Shown here one piece after another: positions 49,501 through 59,346 of a stretch of 64,000 nucleotides of DNA (position 1 is the first letter of the stretch; the number at the start of each line of letters is the position of its first letter). The stretch lies in assembly GCA_038087875.1 (NCBI GenBank), contig CM075998.1, positions 930,001 to 994,000 on the forward strand, given 5' to 3'. The notes under the pieces are model-generated. The model saw only the letters and a list, made by a program, of their open reading frames with translations. It made no database searches and was not told the DNA's origin. The stretch comes from Malacoraja senta. Lineage: Eukaryota. The position numbers and the translations under genes were made by a program.

Positions 49501-50996
49501 ACATTTCATCGTTGTTGAAGTGTACTTGGATGAGCACTTGAACTTCTTCAAATTGCAGAGCTCTGGACACTGCAATGTGAAATTAGTTTTGGTCAGCACA
49601 GATACAACAAGCAGGATGGTAGATTTCTCTGATCCTTTGAGATCTGGTTTATCAGACCTTAGAATGAGCCTGGAAACTACCCACTCAACCATATTGGGTT
49701 TAATACCTTCTCTTGACATTATAAGAAATGATAGTCCAGTAAAAAAAATTCTCTGCATACAAGCACTTATTTGTGAATGAATTGTTTGCATTTGAACTCA
49801 TTTTGATGTACAAGAACAAGAAGCGCAAGGTGAAAACTACTAGGATTACTGTACATCCCATTCTCTGCCTTTAGCCTGAAAGAGAAAGATGCAGAAATTG
49901 CAACACTTGAACATGAAATTGTAGAACTCAGTGAAATCGCTGGAACACAAAGAATCAAAACCAAAAGTAAGTGATAACATTTACTGTCCACTAAAGAAAC
50001 TTGATTTGAGAACCTTGAGTAAGTTCTTACAAAAATCTTCTTTAAGATTTTTGTTTAAGTACTTACTCGGGTTCTCCAATCAAGTTTGTTAGTTTCATCA
50101 ATCAGGTTTTGTGGTAAGATAGCAGATCTTTAATGTGTTCACATACAACCTCAATGGTGTGGTTCCTTCCTCGAGTGTTTATTTGTTATATGCATTGGAT
50201 ATGAACTGGAACAATGAAATCTAGCTTCAAAGGCACGCTAAATGCAACAACAATAAATATACAATAAATTATCAATTATTCTAAGTAAACCAGACCATAA
50301 CAATGCAAAAACGAAAGTACGTATAGTAAAGTCAAAGTCAAATTTATTTGACTTTGTAACCATAGTAGTGCAAAGTTAGTAGTGGCTTGGTGTTAAGGTA
50401 GGGTACTCTTGAAACTTGAGTTTCTTCACTGAGTATGAGTGAGAAGACTAAATGCTAAACCTTCTCGTAACATGAAAAGGAAAGATCAACCCTCATTACG
50501 GCTCTCTGGACATGCCACCAACAGTTGGAGAGTGGTACTGGAAGAGTTCTGGAGACCAGTTTCTCTCCCTCTCAGCTGGATATGGGAGTTTGTAGGGAAT
50601 AAAATAGACAGGAGCAGCTAATAACATTTATTTTTGTTTTTACCACTCTGGCTTCATGAACATCGAATTATTTGTAGGCAGAAGGAACTGTAGATGCTTG
50701 TTTATATTGTTCAAATAAAACAAAAAACTATGAATGCTGAAAATCTGGAATAAAAACAGTGTTGGAAATTCTCAGCAGGTGGGGCATAATCTGGAGAGAG
50801 AAGCAGAGTTCATGTTTCAGGTCACTATTCATTCATCATGAACATTTCCCTGTGAACAGATGTAACCTTGCCTGATGAATATTTCTAGCATTTTTCCACA
50901 ATTGCATAAATTGATTCCTTTCCCTTTTTCATTTGTTTTTGACTGTTAAATATTTGTTCTCTGGTTAATTTTCCTTTCTGTTCTTTTGTAGATTGA
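31563..50996 (+). CDS. Unannotated-looking 126-aa coiled-coil protein, 8 coding exons: 31563-31584, 37784-37814, 39436-39499, 41596-41633, 44402-44492, 48271-48308, 49875-49966, 50992-50996
   Basis: All introns are GT-AG with pyrimidine tracts and compatible phases (1,2,0,2,0,2,1). Protein: MEQPAVKDGAESLQSVNQSLISEEIRDLLLEYEKRYEAMLTKLEVTEQLESRLREKDAQISTMEQEIMQLNEMFEMHKSKNNLTKLVAVEQLENSLKEKDAEIATLEHEIVELSEIAGTQRIKTKN*. The exon pair is internally duplicated. AATAAA at ~51046, ~51610 and ~51711. Confidence 0.7.
34576..35770 (+). mobile_element. Possible hAT-type non-autonomous DNA transposon fragment
   Basis: Begins CAGGGCTCTCACTTAAC (hAT-like CAGGG terminus) with a subterminal inverted repeat gttgcc/ggcaac. 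No matching right terminus found. Confidence 0.3.
35940..36125 (+). repeat. G-rich minisatellite, ~22-24-nt unit TCAGTACAGGATGAATGGGGG(G)n, about 8 copies
   Basis: Direct inspection; the length of the G-run varies between units. Confidence 0.9.
36126..36340. mobile_element. Two Penelope terminal repeats in inverted (head-to-head) arrangement
   Basis: Minus-strand hammerhead core at 36190-36217 and plus-strand degenerate core at 36250-36277. Perfect 21-bp inverted repeat 36223-36243 / 36270-36290. Confidence 0.75.
37933..38230 (+). mobile_element. tRNA-derived V-SINE (HE1-like)
   Basis: tRNA-like head (ggcacagaggtgcagctggtag...gcttcaatcc) followed by the V-domain gtctgtggaatttgcatgttctcc. 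Its 3' half is also present at 13690 onward. Confidence 0.7.
38948..39087 (+). mobile_element. 140-bp retroposon 3' end with (AAG)n tail and 9-bp TSD
   Basis: Absent from the paralog at ~14510. gagagagag occurs at 38939-38947 and 39088-39096. Ends cgccatacgcaagatgaagaa. Confidence 0.8.
43075..44380 (+). mobile_element. Degenerate CR1 LINE fragments
   Basis: Frame-shifted RT pieces: YINDMDDG, YTDDTKIGG, RANAMLAFISRG, EDLIETYRIMKGLD. Confidence 0.85.
48420..48897 (-). mobile_element. Non-autonomous Helitron (complete ends)
   Basis: On the minus strand the 5' end is A^TCTATATTACTAAAAG and the 3' end is hairpin GGGACCC-AAC-GGGTCCC followed by CTAG^T. Inserted between A and T. Confidence 0.85.
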
Positions 50997-52169
50997 AGAC
51001 TGTGACAACAATTTGCTAATATGGATTTATCCTGTATAAAGATCATAATAAAATATATAAGAAATCCCAGCTGAGTTTTTTTTTCCATTATATACGGTCC
51101 CATGTGGAATCAGCCACAACCCAGAGAATTAAATGTCATGTTAGTGTTGTCACTATGACAGGAATATACAGTGAGAAAGTATATAACAGCACCAAGCCTT
51201 TATACAGTACACTGACTGTGTAAAGTTAAAGAAAAATGATTTGACAAAACTGATTTATTTACAAATACAGTTTAACGAAAGGATGTTTTAATGCTACGTA
51301 CAAACAAATATAGGAGGTGAAATTGGCCTTGGATTAATTGGCCTTGATGAATCGGCAGCCCCCTGCAAACACTGTTTATTCTCAGTGAAATCAATGGAAA
51401 AGAAAATTAGGCAGCTCACAAAACAGGCTACCATTTTGCTATCACTCGTTTTACACTGACATCCTGTGTCATTTTCTTCTCCATATGCTCTTAATTGCCT
51501 GCTGTAATCTGTTCCATTATACATTGCAGAAGCGTACCTGGAACCTGTTGAATGTTATGTTTATCAACACGCATACCTGATTGATTAGCAGATATTCATT
51601 ATAGTTGCAAATAAAATTTCATATCCTGCAAGCCCCTAGTACGATATCTGTTTATCCAATGGGCATAAGTTAGAATAGTAATATATTTTTGAAATAATAA
51701 TTAAATAAGCAATAAATGGTTTAAAACCAATACAGACTTGCAGACTGCTTTCATGGAAATTGCCTGGGTAGAAAAGTTGTTTGTTACATTGAGATGCTTC
51801 AGTAAAATTAATGGAGATGTGTATAGTGCTATATTACTACACATCTATTTGAACTCTTCTATTAAAGTGAAAAGTTTTCACATGGTCTTATCAAATTTAA
51901 TGTGGCTTCAGCAACTTTACAATGATCTCTGATAAGCATATTTCATTTTGCAAAAACTGACTCCCAAGATATCGGGGCACTCAACTGTTCTGTTAAATAA
52001 CTGCTTAGTTATTATTAACAACACTCAATTATTGCTAAATGTACACAACACTCTGATCTTGAACACCCTAGCAACTAGGTTCATTATTTTGAGTGCTTCT
52101 AAACCAACAGGCATGAGGCCATCCAAAACTGGACATAATTACTATCATGATTACTATATTACATAATTA

Positions 52170-52450
52170 CTATTACTATCATCAGTGGGTGCTGGTGTCT
52201 TCCAGAGGTAGTTCACCCATGGCTTGAGTCAATTTGAGTTGATTCTTCTTTTTCTGATCGAGTCCACACACAAGATTAGAAGTTGTTCAGCCAGAGCTGA
52301 ATACACTTCTCGGCATCTGCATACAATGGTGTCTGTCTTGTCGCTTCTTGTGCGTGGTGTTGGAAAGATTGGTGGAAAGGGGGCCACAACGTGAACGCTC
52401 TTTATTTGAGTTGCTTGCCAAATTTTCAGAAGCCCTCTGACCATGTGGGT
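52170..52450 (-). mobile_element. RTE-like LINE 3' remnant
   Basis: Short TAA/TAG-type tandem tail at 52135-52180 and a Cys-containing C-terminal-like translation (TIVCRCR). Confidence 0.35.
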
Positions 52451-52919
52451 TTGATGTATATTGGGGGGGGGGGGGGGGTGTTATGTGGAAATACATTTTT
52501 AAAGGAACCATCCTAGTCCCTTTGGTTTGAGGATGATGTGCTTCCACTCTGCTTCTGTGGACTTTGAATACGTGTGATCCATAGACCCTTCCACAAATGG
52601 TTCCTGATGACAGGCGATGGAATCATTTCTACCCGTTATGCTGGACTTTTGTGACTTATGCTCCCCTGTGCTCATTCTCCACTTTAAACAGCCATGGGTA
52701 TGGGAAGTTGTCCATATCTTCCAGGGTCACACTGTAAATCTTTATTGTCAGAGGGCAGTATAAAGTATTTCTGATGGCAATTTTCAGGGAGCCTTTCTGG
52801 AACCATTGGATATGCTGTTTGTAGAACTGGTAAACAAAGTGGGTTAGGTCTGGCATCTAATCTACACAGAATCTTATAGATAGGTTCTGAAACTTTTTAA
52901 ATCAAACATAAATATAATC

Positions 52920-54820
52920 AGAAGTGGGCCAATTTGGTCTATAATGCGTGCTCTGCTATTCCATAAAATTGTGGTTGATCTTTCACCTCCATACCACTTT
53001 TCTGCATTAACTCCATATCCCTTGATTTCCTTAATATCTAAAACAAATATTGATCTCTGTCTTTAATGTATTAAGTGTCTAAGCTTTTCAATTCCTCCTG
53101 GGGAGAGAATTCCATAGATTCACACTATTTTGTGGGTGAATATCCTGAATGACCGGCTTCTTATATGGAGATTGTGATCCCTGGTTCCAGAACCTAAACA
53201 TCAAATCTGCATCTAACCTGTTAGGTACTGTAAGAATTTTGTGCATTTGAAGGAGATCACTTCTCATTCTAAACTCGAGAGCACTGACGTCTGTAATCTT
53301 TTCTCTGGAATAAACTCAACACCTAAGAATCAATCTGTTGAATCTTTGTCTACTTCTGACATGAGCATATACCCTGGGTAGGGAGACCAGACATAATATT
53401 TCACATGGTATCTCACTAGAATACTTAATAATGGGAGCAAGACATCTCTATTCTTACAAATCCTCTTACAATAAAGGACAATGTACTATGTGCCTTCCAA
53501 ATTGCTTGTTGAACTTATATCATGCCAAAACGGTACACAATAGCGCTGCAATATTTGGACCACCTTACTCACAATTGCCCTGTGATGTGGTGTATCAAGT
53601 TTCGTTCAGATTGATGGTATATTTTACAAGTTATTCACATTTTAAACGACCAAATGTAGTTTGAGACAAATCTCTTGAACTTGCATAGGCAGTTAGCAAG
53701 GTATGATGTCACAATGGGATCTCATTTACATAAACTGCCTGTCAGCAGTGCTCCACCCCACAATTATATCACAATGGGATCTCATTTCCATTTTAAAAAA
53801 CAGCAGCTTCCACCTCACAATGACTTCAAGGGGGGTAGGGAGGGGAGAGGGTTTATAGAGGGACGGAGTGACTGAGGGTAGGGAGTGACTGAGGGTAGGG
53901 GAAAGGAGAGGGAGGGAGTGGAGAGAGGAGAAGAGGAGGGAGGGGGAGTGTTGGGGGATCAGGGGTAATGAGCCGCGCCTGTGCAGTTGGGGGTTATGGG
54001 TGAATGGTGGAATATTGCGTTGGAATGGGTTGCGTTGGGGGAACGGGTGAGTGGTGGAAACGGGTTGCGTTGGGGGAACGGGTGAGTGGCTCAATATTGT
54101 GTTGGAACGGGGCCCAACGGGTTCCACTTGGTCTACATTTTTAACTTAAAAAATGTAACTTCTCACTTTAAAAAATCCAATTCCAACTTGCTGCCTCTGC
54201 CTGTTACAATGTTACAAAGACAGGACACTGAGTCCTGTCATTTGAAACATTGTAAGGGGCAGGGCAAGGGAATTGGATTTGTTTTTTAAGTTTAAAAAGA
54301 GGGAGGGGGGGAGTGCTGGGGGATGAGGGGAAATGCGCCGCGCCTGTGCAGTTGGCTATGGGTGAGTGGCGCAATATTGCGTTGGGGGAACGGGTTGCGT
54401 TGGAACGGGTTGCTTTGGGGGAATGGGTGAGTAGTGGAATATTGCGTTAGGGAATGTGTTGCGTTGGGAGACCAGGCCTCCCATGGGGGCTATGGGTTAG
54501 TGGTGGAAAATTGCATTGGGGGAACGGGTTGCGTTGGGGACCAGTCCTGTGTGACAGGGACCCAACAGGTCCCACTTGGTCTAGTATTACAATAAATCTT
54601 GTACAAAGACATCCAGATCCCTGAGTATTACCACTTTTCAATCTCACGAGTTAAGATATCTTCTACCTTTTTTTTAAACCAAAATAGATGATATTACATT
54701 ATCCCACTTTATCCGCCATCCTCATGCCTATTCATTTACATTTCCTACATCTCCTTGGTCTTGCTGCATCCTCCACTAGGTGGCTCAAACTGCCATCTAG
54801 CTTTGTATCATGTGCAACAT
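52920..54820 (-). mobile_element. Degenerate CR1 interrupted by Helitron-derived sequence
   Basis: 52920-53520 resembles the CR1 3' region at 422-1080. CR1 similarity resumes at 54586 (tgtacaaagacatccagatccc). Confidence 0.65.
53521..54584 (+). mobile_element. Helitron-derived composite with two 3' termini and G-rich subterminal repeats
   Basis: Hairpin plus CTAG^T at 54557-54585, and a degenerate second end at ~54105-54136. Repeated gggttgcgttgggggaac units. Same terminal sequence as the Helitron at 48420. Confidence 0.7.
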
Positions 54821-55349
54821 TAAATGGTTGCAAGAACTATAGATAACATTTGAAATCGTACGGAGAACCTTGTTTTCAGATTATTACAAAAATCTGATAT
54901 TAAACCATTTCTCAAAATAGTAAATAAATGAAATGTAGATTGCATTGTGATCTGGATTCTTGGGGGGGGGGAATATTGTATTGGCAGGCACTCTCACAAT
55001 AACTTTGGGACACAAACATTGTATGGAAAAGTGCTCTTAGTGAGATTATATTGCAAAATAATATAGTTAATTTTTAAGTCAAAATGGCAGTTGTATCCAC
55101 TGACAGATTTCAGTGATTCAGGAGGTGTTACTGAGTAGTAGTGGTGTGGTGGTGGGCGGTCTTCTACCCCCTTAGATGATTAAGTCTACCCTTAGAGATG
55201 TTGAGACAAGGATTATGCAGTGCCAACTCTTATGTGAAGTGCACCCATTGGAAGTAGAACTTAAGAAATGTAACATAGTGCCACATTTGGGTGTAACAAA
55301 AATCACTGGACAGCGTTTGGGAAAGGGATAAGAAAGAAAAGGTCGGTAA

Positions 55350-55520
55350 ACATTCTTTGAAATGACCGTATTCTTTGAAATGACCTTATTTGGAGTTTTT
55401 ACAAAGGGTGAAGATCTGACCCAATTGCCTACAACTCCCGGCAAGCTTGGCAAGTCGTTTCCGGGAAACGGAGAGCAGTTCCGGTTGAGCGCATTTGGCG
55501 GGTTTATTTTCCAATCCGAA
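55350..55520 (+). promoter_or_regulatory. PRIM1 promoter
   Basis: E2F site TTTGGCGGG 55494-55502, CCAAT 55511, ZNF143/SBS-like ctacaactcccggcaagc 55429-55446, and a duplicated attctttgaaatgacc containing a CHR-like TTTGAA (55352, 55370). Confidence 0.6.
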
Positions 55521-55635
55521 ATGGCGTTGACCGAGAGCCGGTATGATGCATCCGAGTTACCAGACTTACTCCCCGTTTATTACAGGCGCCTCTTCCCGTA
55601 TCCTCAGTACTTCAGGTGGCTGAGTTATGGCGGTG
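55521..55635 (+). CDS. PRIM1: DNA primase small subunit, exon 1 only
   Basis: MALTESRYDASELPDLLPVYYRRLFPYPQYFRWLSYGG matches the PRIM1 N-terminus (ELPELL..YYRRLFPY..Y.RWL.YGG). Donor G|gtaagg, phase 1. Confidence 0.92.
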
Positions 55636-55849
55636 GTAAGGCGAAAATATTGAAATGAATCATTTGTTTTCTTCTGCAGGTAAAGTTTGCTGATCTGTGA
55701 AAATATTTCGACACTGACTTATTCTTACGTCCACTTTCCAATTAAATATACCTTTCCATGTTCCTGTGAACAATTGTGGAAAGTGTGGTGAGCTGGGTAG
55801 CGTTTATGTGGAGCTGGTGTGCAGTCAATTGGTGCATGATTGGCTGCCT

Positions 55850-57000
55850 CTGATAACGATAATGGAAGCGAGGGAGGAAGATGCTGAGGTCCTGGCGGAG
55901 ATCTTTACATCTTTTTTCACCACGGATGAGGTATCAGGAGACTGGAAGACACCTTGTTCATAGAGGGACAAGCCTGGAAACTCCAGGTCGGTGAGTGGTA
56001 GGGAAGTTGCTGAAGAAGATTCTGAGGGACGGATTTATGTTCACTTGAAGGGCAGGGACTGATCAGGCGGAGTCATCTTGGTTTTGTGTAGGGCGAACAT
56101 CTTAAAAATCTGTTTCGGTTTGAGGAGACAACTGAGAAAAATGATGAAAGTAGCACGATAGACTTAGTTCACGTGGACTTTGACAAAGTCACATCCAGTC
56201 AGCTGGTCCAGAAGGTTAAGTCACGGGGGATTCAAAATTTGTTGAGTGCTGGAAGGGAGAGGGTAGTGGTGGAAAAGGGATTTCTGACTGGAAATTTTTA
56301 ACTAACAGTGTACAGTGGGGACAAGTTTGTAAATAGAAATGGCTTGGATGCGAATATAGGTGGTGTGATCAGTAAGTTTGCAGACAAGTTGTAGAATGTA
56401 GATGATGAAGAAGGTTGTCTAAACATACAGACATGGTCAGCTGGAAAGATGGGTGGAGTGGTGGAAGATGGAATTTAATCCAGACAAGTGTGAGCGAGTG
56501 CACTTTTGGGAAGTCAAATTCTGTTAGGACATACAGAGTATGGCAAGGATCTTAGGAACATTGATGTACAGAGAGACCTTGAGGTGCAAAGCTGTGGCTC
56601 GCTGAAAATTGGAGTACAGATGGATAAAAGACAATAGACAATAAAGTACTGAAAAGGCTTTTGGTATGTTAACCTTCACGGACAGGCATTGGATATAAGA
56701 GTTGGGACCACAGTTGATACACAAAACATTGGTTAGACTGCATTTGGAGTACAGGGTGCATGTCTGGTTGCCACATTACAGGAAGGACGTGGTAGTAATA
56801 TACAGAGTGCATTAGAAAGCACCAGGATGTTGTCTGGAATGGAGGGCTGTAGTTGTAAGGAGAGATTGGATAGGCTGCATTTATTCTCATTGGAATATCG
56901 GAGGTTGAAGGGTGGCCTTCTGGAGGTCTATAAAATTATGGAGGCTGTAAGTGGAGTAGTTGGCCAAATCTTTTTCCTATGGCAGGGGAAGCTGTCGGAA
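55850..57000 (+). mobile_element. Degenerate CR1 in PRIM1 intron 1
   Basis: Remnants aagtttgcagac and ggaatttaatccagacaagtgtgag; translation ERLDRLHLFSLEYRRLKGGLLEVYKIM. Confidence 0.85.
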
Positions 57001-57058
57001 TGCAGCACTGGTTGGTTTGGCAAAAGGACACAATGTGCTGGAGTAACTCCAGGTCAGG

Positions 57059-57258
57059 NNNNNNNNNNNNNNNNNNNNNNNNNNNNNNNNNNNNNNNNNN
57101 NNNNNNNNNNNNNNNNNNNNNNNNNNNNNNNNNNNNNNNNNNNNNNNNNNNNNNNNNNNNNNNNNNNNNNNNNNNNNNNNNNNNNNNNNNNNNNNNNNNN
57201 NNNNNNNNNNNNNNNNNNNNNNNNNNNNNNNNNNNNNNNNNNNNNNNNNNNNNNNNNN
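57059..57258. other. Assembly gap (200 N)
   Basis: Run of exactly 200 N, probably a placeholder length. Confidence 0.99.
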
Positions 57259-57436
57259 GTGGGGGGGAGGAAGGTGGTGTCGGCGGTCACCCGGAGACAG
57301 GCGTCACCCCTGCAAGGAAAATTATGGAATTTATGGAGGCTTTAAGGGAAATTACACTTCACAAAATCTCCCTGCTAGTCTTCCCTCGCATACTTTGAAG
57401 TGTGGTTGCAATGTTAGCTGATCTTGTGGAAAGCAT

Positions 57437-59126
57437 TTAAGAAGGAACTGCAGATGCTGGAAAATCGAAGGTAGTGTAGCGGCGCCTGCTAGCGCACGCA
57501 GATATCGAACCCGGCGTTTGGAAGCCGCGGTCACGTGACTCGGGAGGGGCTGCTTGTTTCGTGCGTTTTTTCACTTGCGCGCGTTAGTTCAGCGCTGACC
57601 ACTTGTGGGCAGACGTGTCTGGAGAACCTGTATACTGGATATCGAACTTTTGAATAAAGATCTGTTGAAAACTCCAGTAGTCGTTTCTCAGACCACTAAT
57701 GTAGACAAAAGTGCTGGAGAAACTCAGCGGGTGCAGCAGCATCTATGGAGCGAGGGAAATAGGCAACATTTTGGCCCGGACCGCTCCATAGATGCTGCTG
57801 CACCCGCTGAGTTTCTCCAGGGTACACAAAAATGCTGGAGAAACTCAGCGGGTGCAGCAGCATCTATGGAGCGAATGAAATAGGTAACGTTTTGGGCCGA
57901 AACCCTTCTTCAGACTGATAGGGGGTGGGGAGAAGAAAGGAAAAAAGGCGGAGGAGGAGCCCGAGGGCTGGGGGAGGGGAGGAGACAACCAGATGGCTGA
58001 TGAAGGGGAGGGGACAGCAAGGGCTAGCAGAATTGGGAGAATTCAATGTTCAAGCCCCCAGGATGTAGACTGCCCAAGCGGAATATGAGGTGCATTTCCT
58101 CCAATTTACGGTGTTGCTCGCTGTGGCCATGGAGGAGACCCAGGACAGAGAGGTCAGATACGCAATGGGAGGGGGAGTTGAAGTGCTGAGCCACCGGGAG
58201 GTCAGGTTGGTTATTGCGGACCGACCGGAGGTGTTCGGCGAAATGATCGCCAAGCCTCCGCTTGGTCTCACCGATGTAGATCAGCTGGCATCTAGAGCAG
58301 CGGATGCAATAGATGAGGTTGTAGGAGATGCAGGTGAACCTCTGTCGCACCTGGAACGACTGCTTAGGTCCTTGAATGGAGTAGAGGGGGAAGGTGAAGG
58401 GACAAGTGTTGCATCTCTTGCGGTTGCAAGGGAAAGTACCAGGGGAGGGGGTGGTATGGGAGGGAAGGGAAGAATTGACAAGGGAGTTATGGAGGGAGCG
58501 GTCTTTGCGGAAGGCAGACATAGGGGGAGATGGGAAGATGTGGCGAGTGGTGGGGTCACGTTGGAGGTGGCCAAACTGACGGAGGATCACTTGTATGTGA
58601 CGGCTGGTGGGGTGAAAGGTGAGGACTAGGGGGACTCTGCCCTTGTTGTGAGTGGGGGGATGGGGAGAGAGAGCAGTGTTGCGGGGTATGGCAGAGACCC
58701 TGGTGCGAGCCTCATCTATGGTGGAGGAGGGGAACCCCCGTTCCCTGAAGAATGAGGACATTTCAGATGCCCTGGTGTGGAACGCCTCATCCTGGGAGCA
58801 GATGCGGCGTAGACGGAGGAATTGGGAGTGGGGGATGGAGTCCTTACAGGAAGCAGGGTGGGAAGAAGTGTAGTCCAGATAGCCATGGGAGTCGGTAGGT
58901 TTGTAGTGGATGTCGGTAAGAAGTCTATCACCTGCGATGGAGATAGTGAGGTCAAGGAATGGTAGGGAAGTGTTGGAAATGGTCCAGGTGTATTTGAGTG
59001 CCGGATGGAAGTTGGTGGTGAAGCGGATGAAGTCAGTCAGTTGTGTGTGAGTGCAGGAGGTGGCACCAAAACAGTCATCGATGTAGCGGAGGTAGAGTTT
59101 CTCCAGCACTTGTCTACCTTGTGGTG
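57437..59126 (-). mobile_element. Penelope-like retroelement (5'-truncated) with 11-bp TSD
   Basis: ORF 58024..~59095 has RT YLRYIDD, LPFLD, thumb and GIY-YIG (NLIYCI...YIGET...EH). Terminal repeats occur in direct and inverted orientation. gtggaaagcat at 57426-57436 and 59127-59137. Confidence 0.92.
57475..57700 (+). mobile_element. Solo LTR (Gypsy-like) nested in the Penelope terminal repeat
   Basis: Starts TGTAGCGG and ends CCACTAAT (imperfect inverted termini), with an internal AATAAA. A 4-bp TSD GTAG (57471-57474 / 57701-57704) splits the repeat sequence gaaggtag|acaaaa. Confidence 0.75.
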
Positions 59127-59129
59127 GTG

Positions 59130-59346
59130 GAAAGCATCGCCGCGCGCTGTGGGCGTGGGCTCCCGAGCAGCGACAGGGAGCACCACCGGGCGCTGTCAAT
59201 CAGCAGACTGATCACCAATCCGCCGCCGAGGGGGGGGCGGGACATGCAGCCCGCCGGGTGACTCGGAAGTGGACGCGCGACCTTTTATCGGCCGTGGGAG
59301 AGCGAGCTGCCTTTCCAGCCATCTTGGGTTTTGAGTAACTGAGGCA
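59130..59346 (+). promoter_or_regulatory. NACA: NACA CpG promoter and non-coding exon 1 (TCT/5'TOP start)
   Basis: CCAAT ~59215, GC box 59234-59241, ETS CGGAAGTG 59264-59271, pyrimidine initiator CCTTTCC ~59310 followed by YY1 GCCATCTT, and donor gtaagt at 59347. Confidence 0.75.

Noticed and set aside
55680-55740. Acceptor-like ttttcttctgcag just after PRIM1 exon 1
   Set aside because: The intron would be only ~44 nt and the downstream sequence does not encode PRIM1 exon 2.
56827-57398. ORFs spanning the N run
   Set aside because: Artefacts of translating the assembly gap.
59100-59199. N-terminal extension of the 391-aa Penelope ORF into the NACA promoter
   Set aside because: Non-ATG start, outside the TSD-defined element; not part of the Penelope protein.
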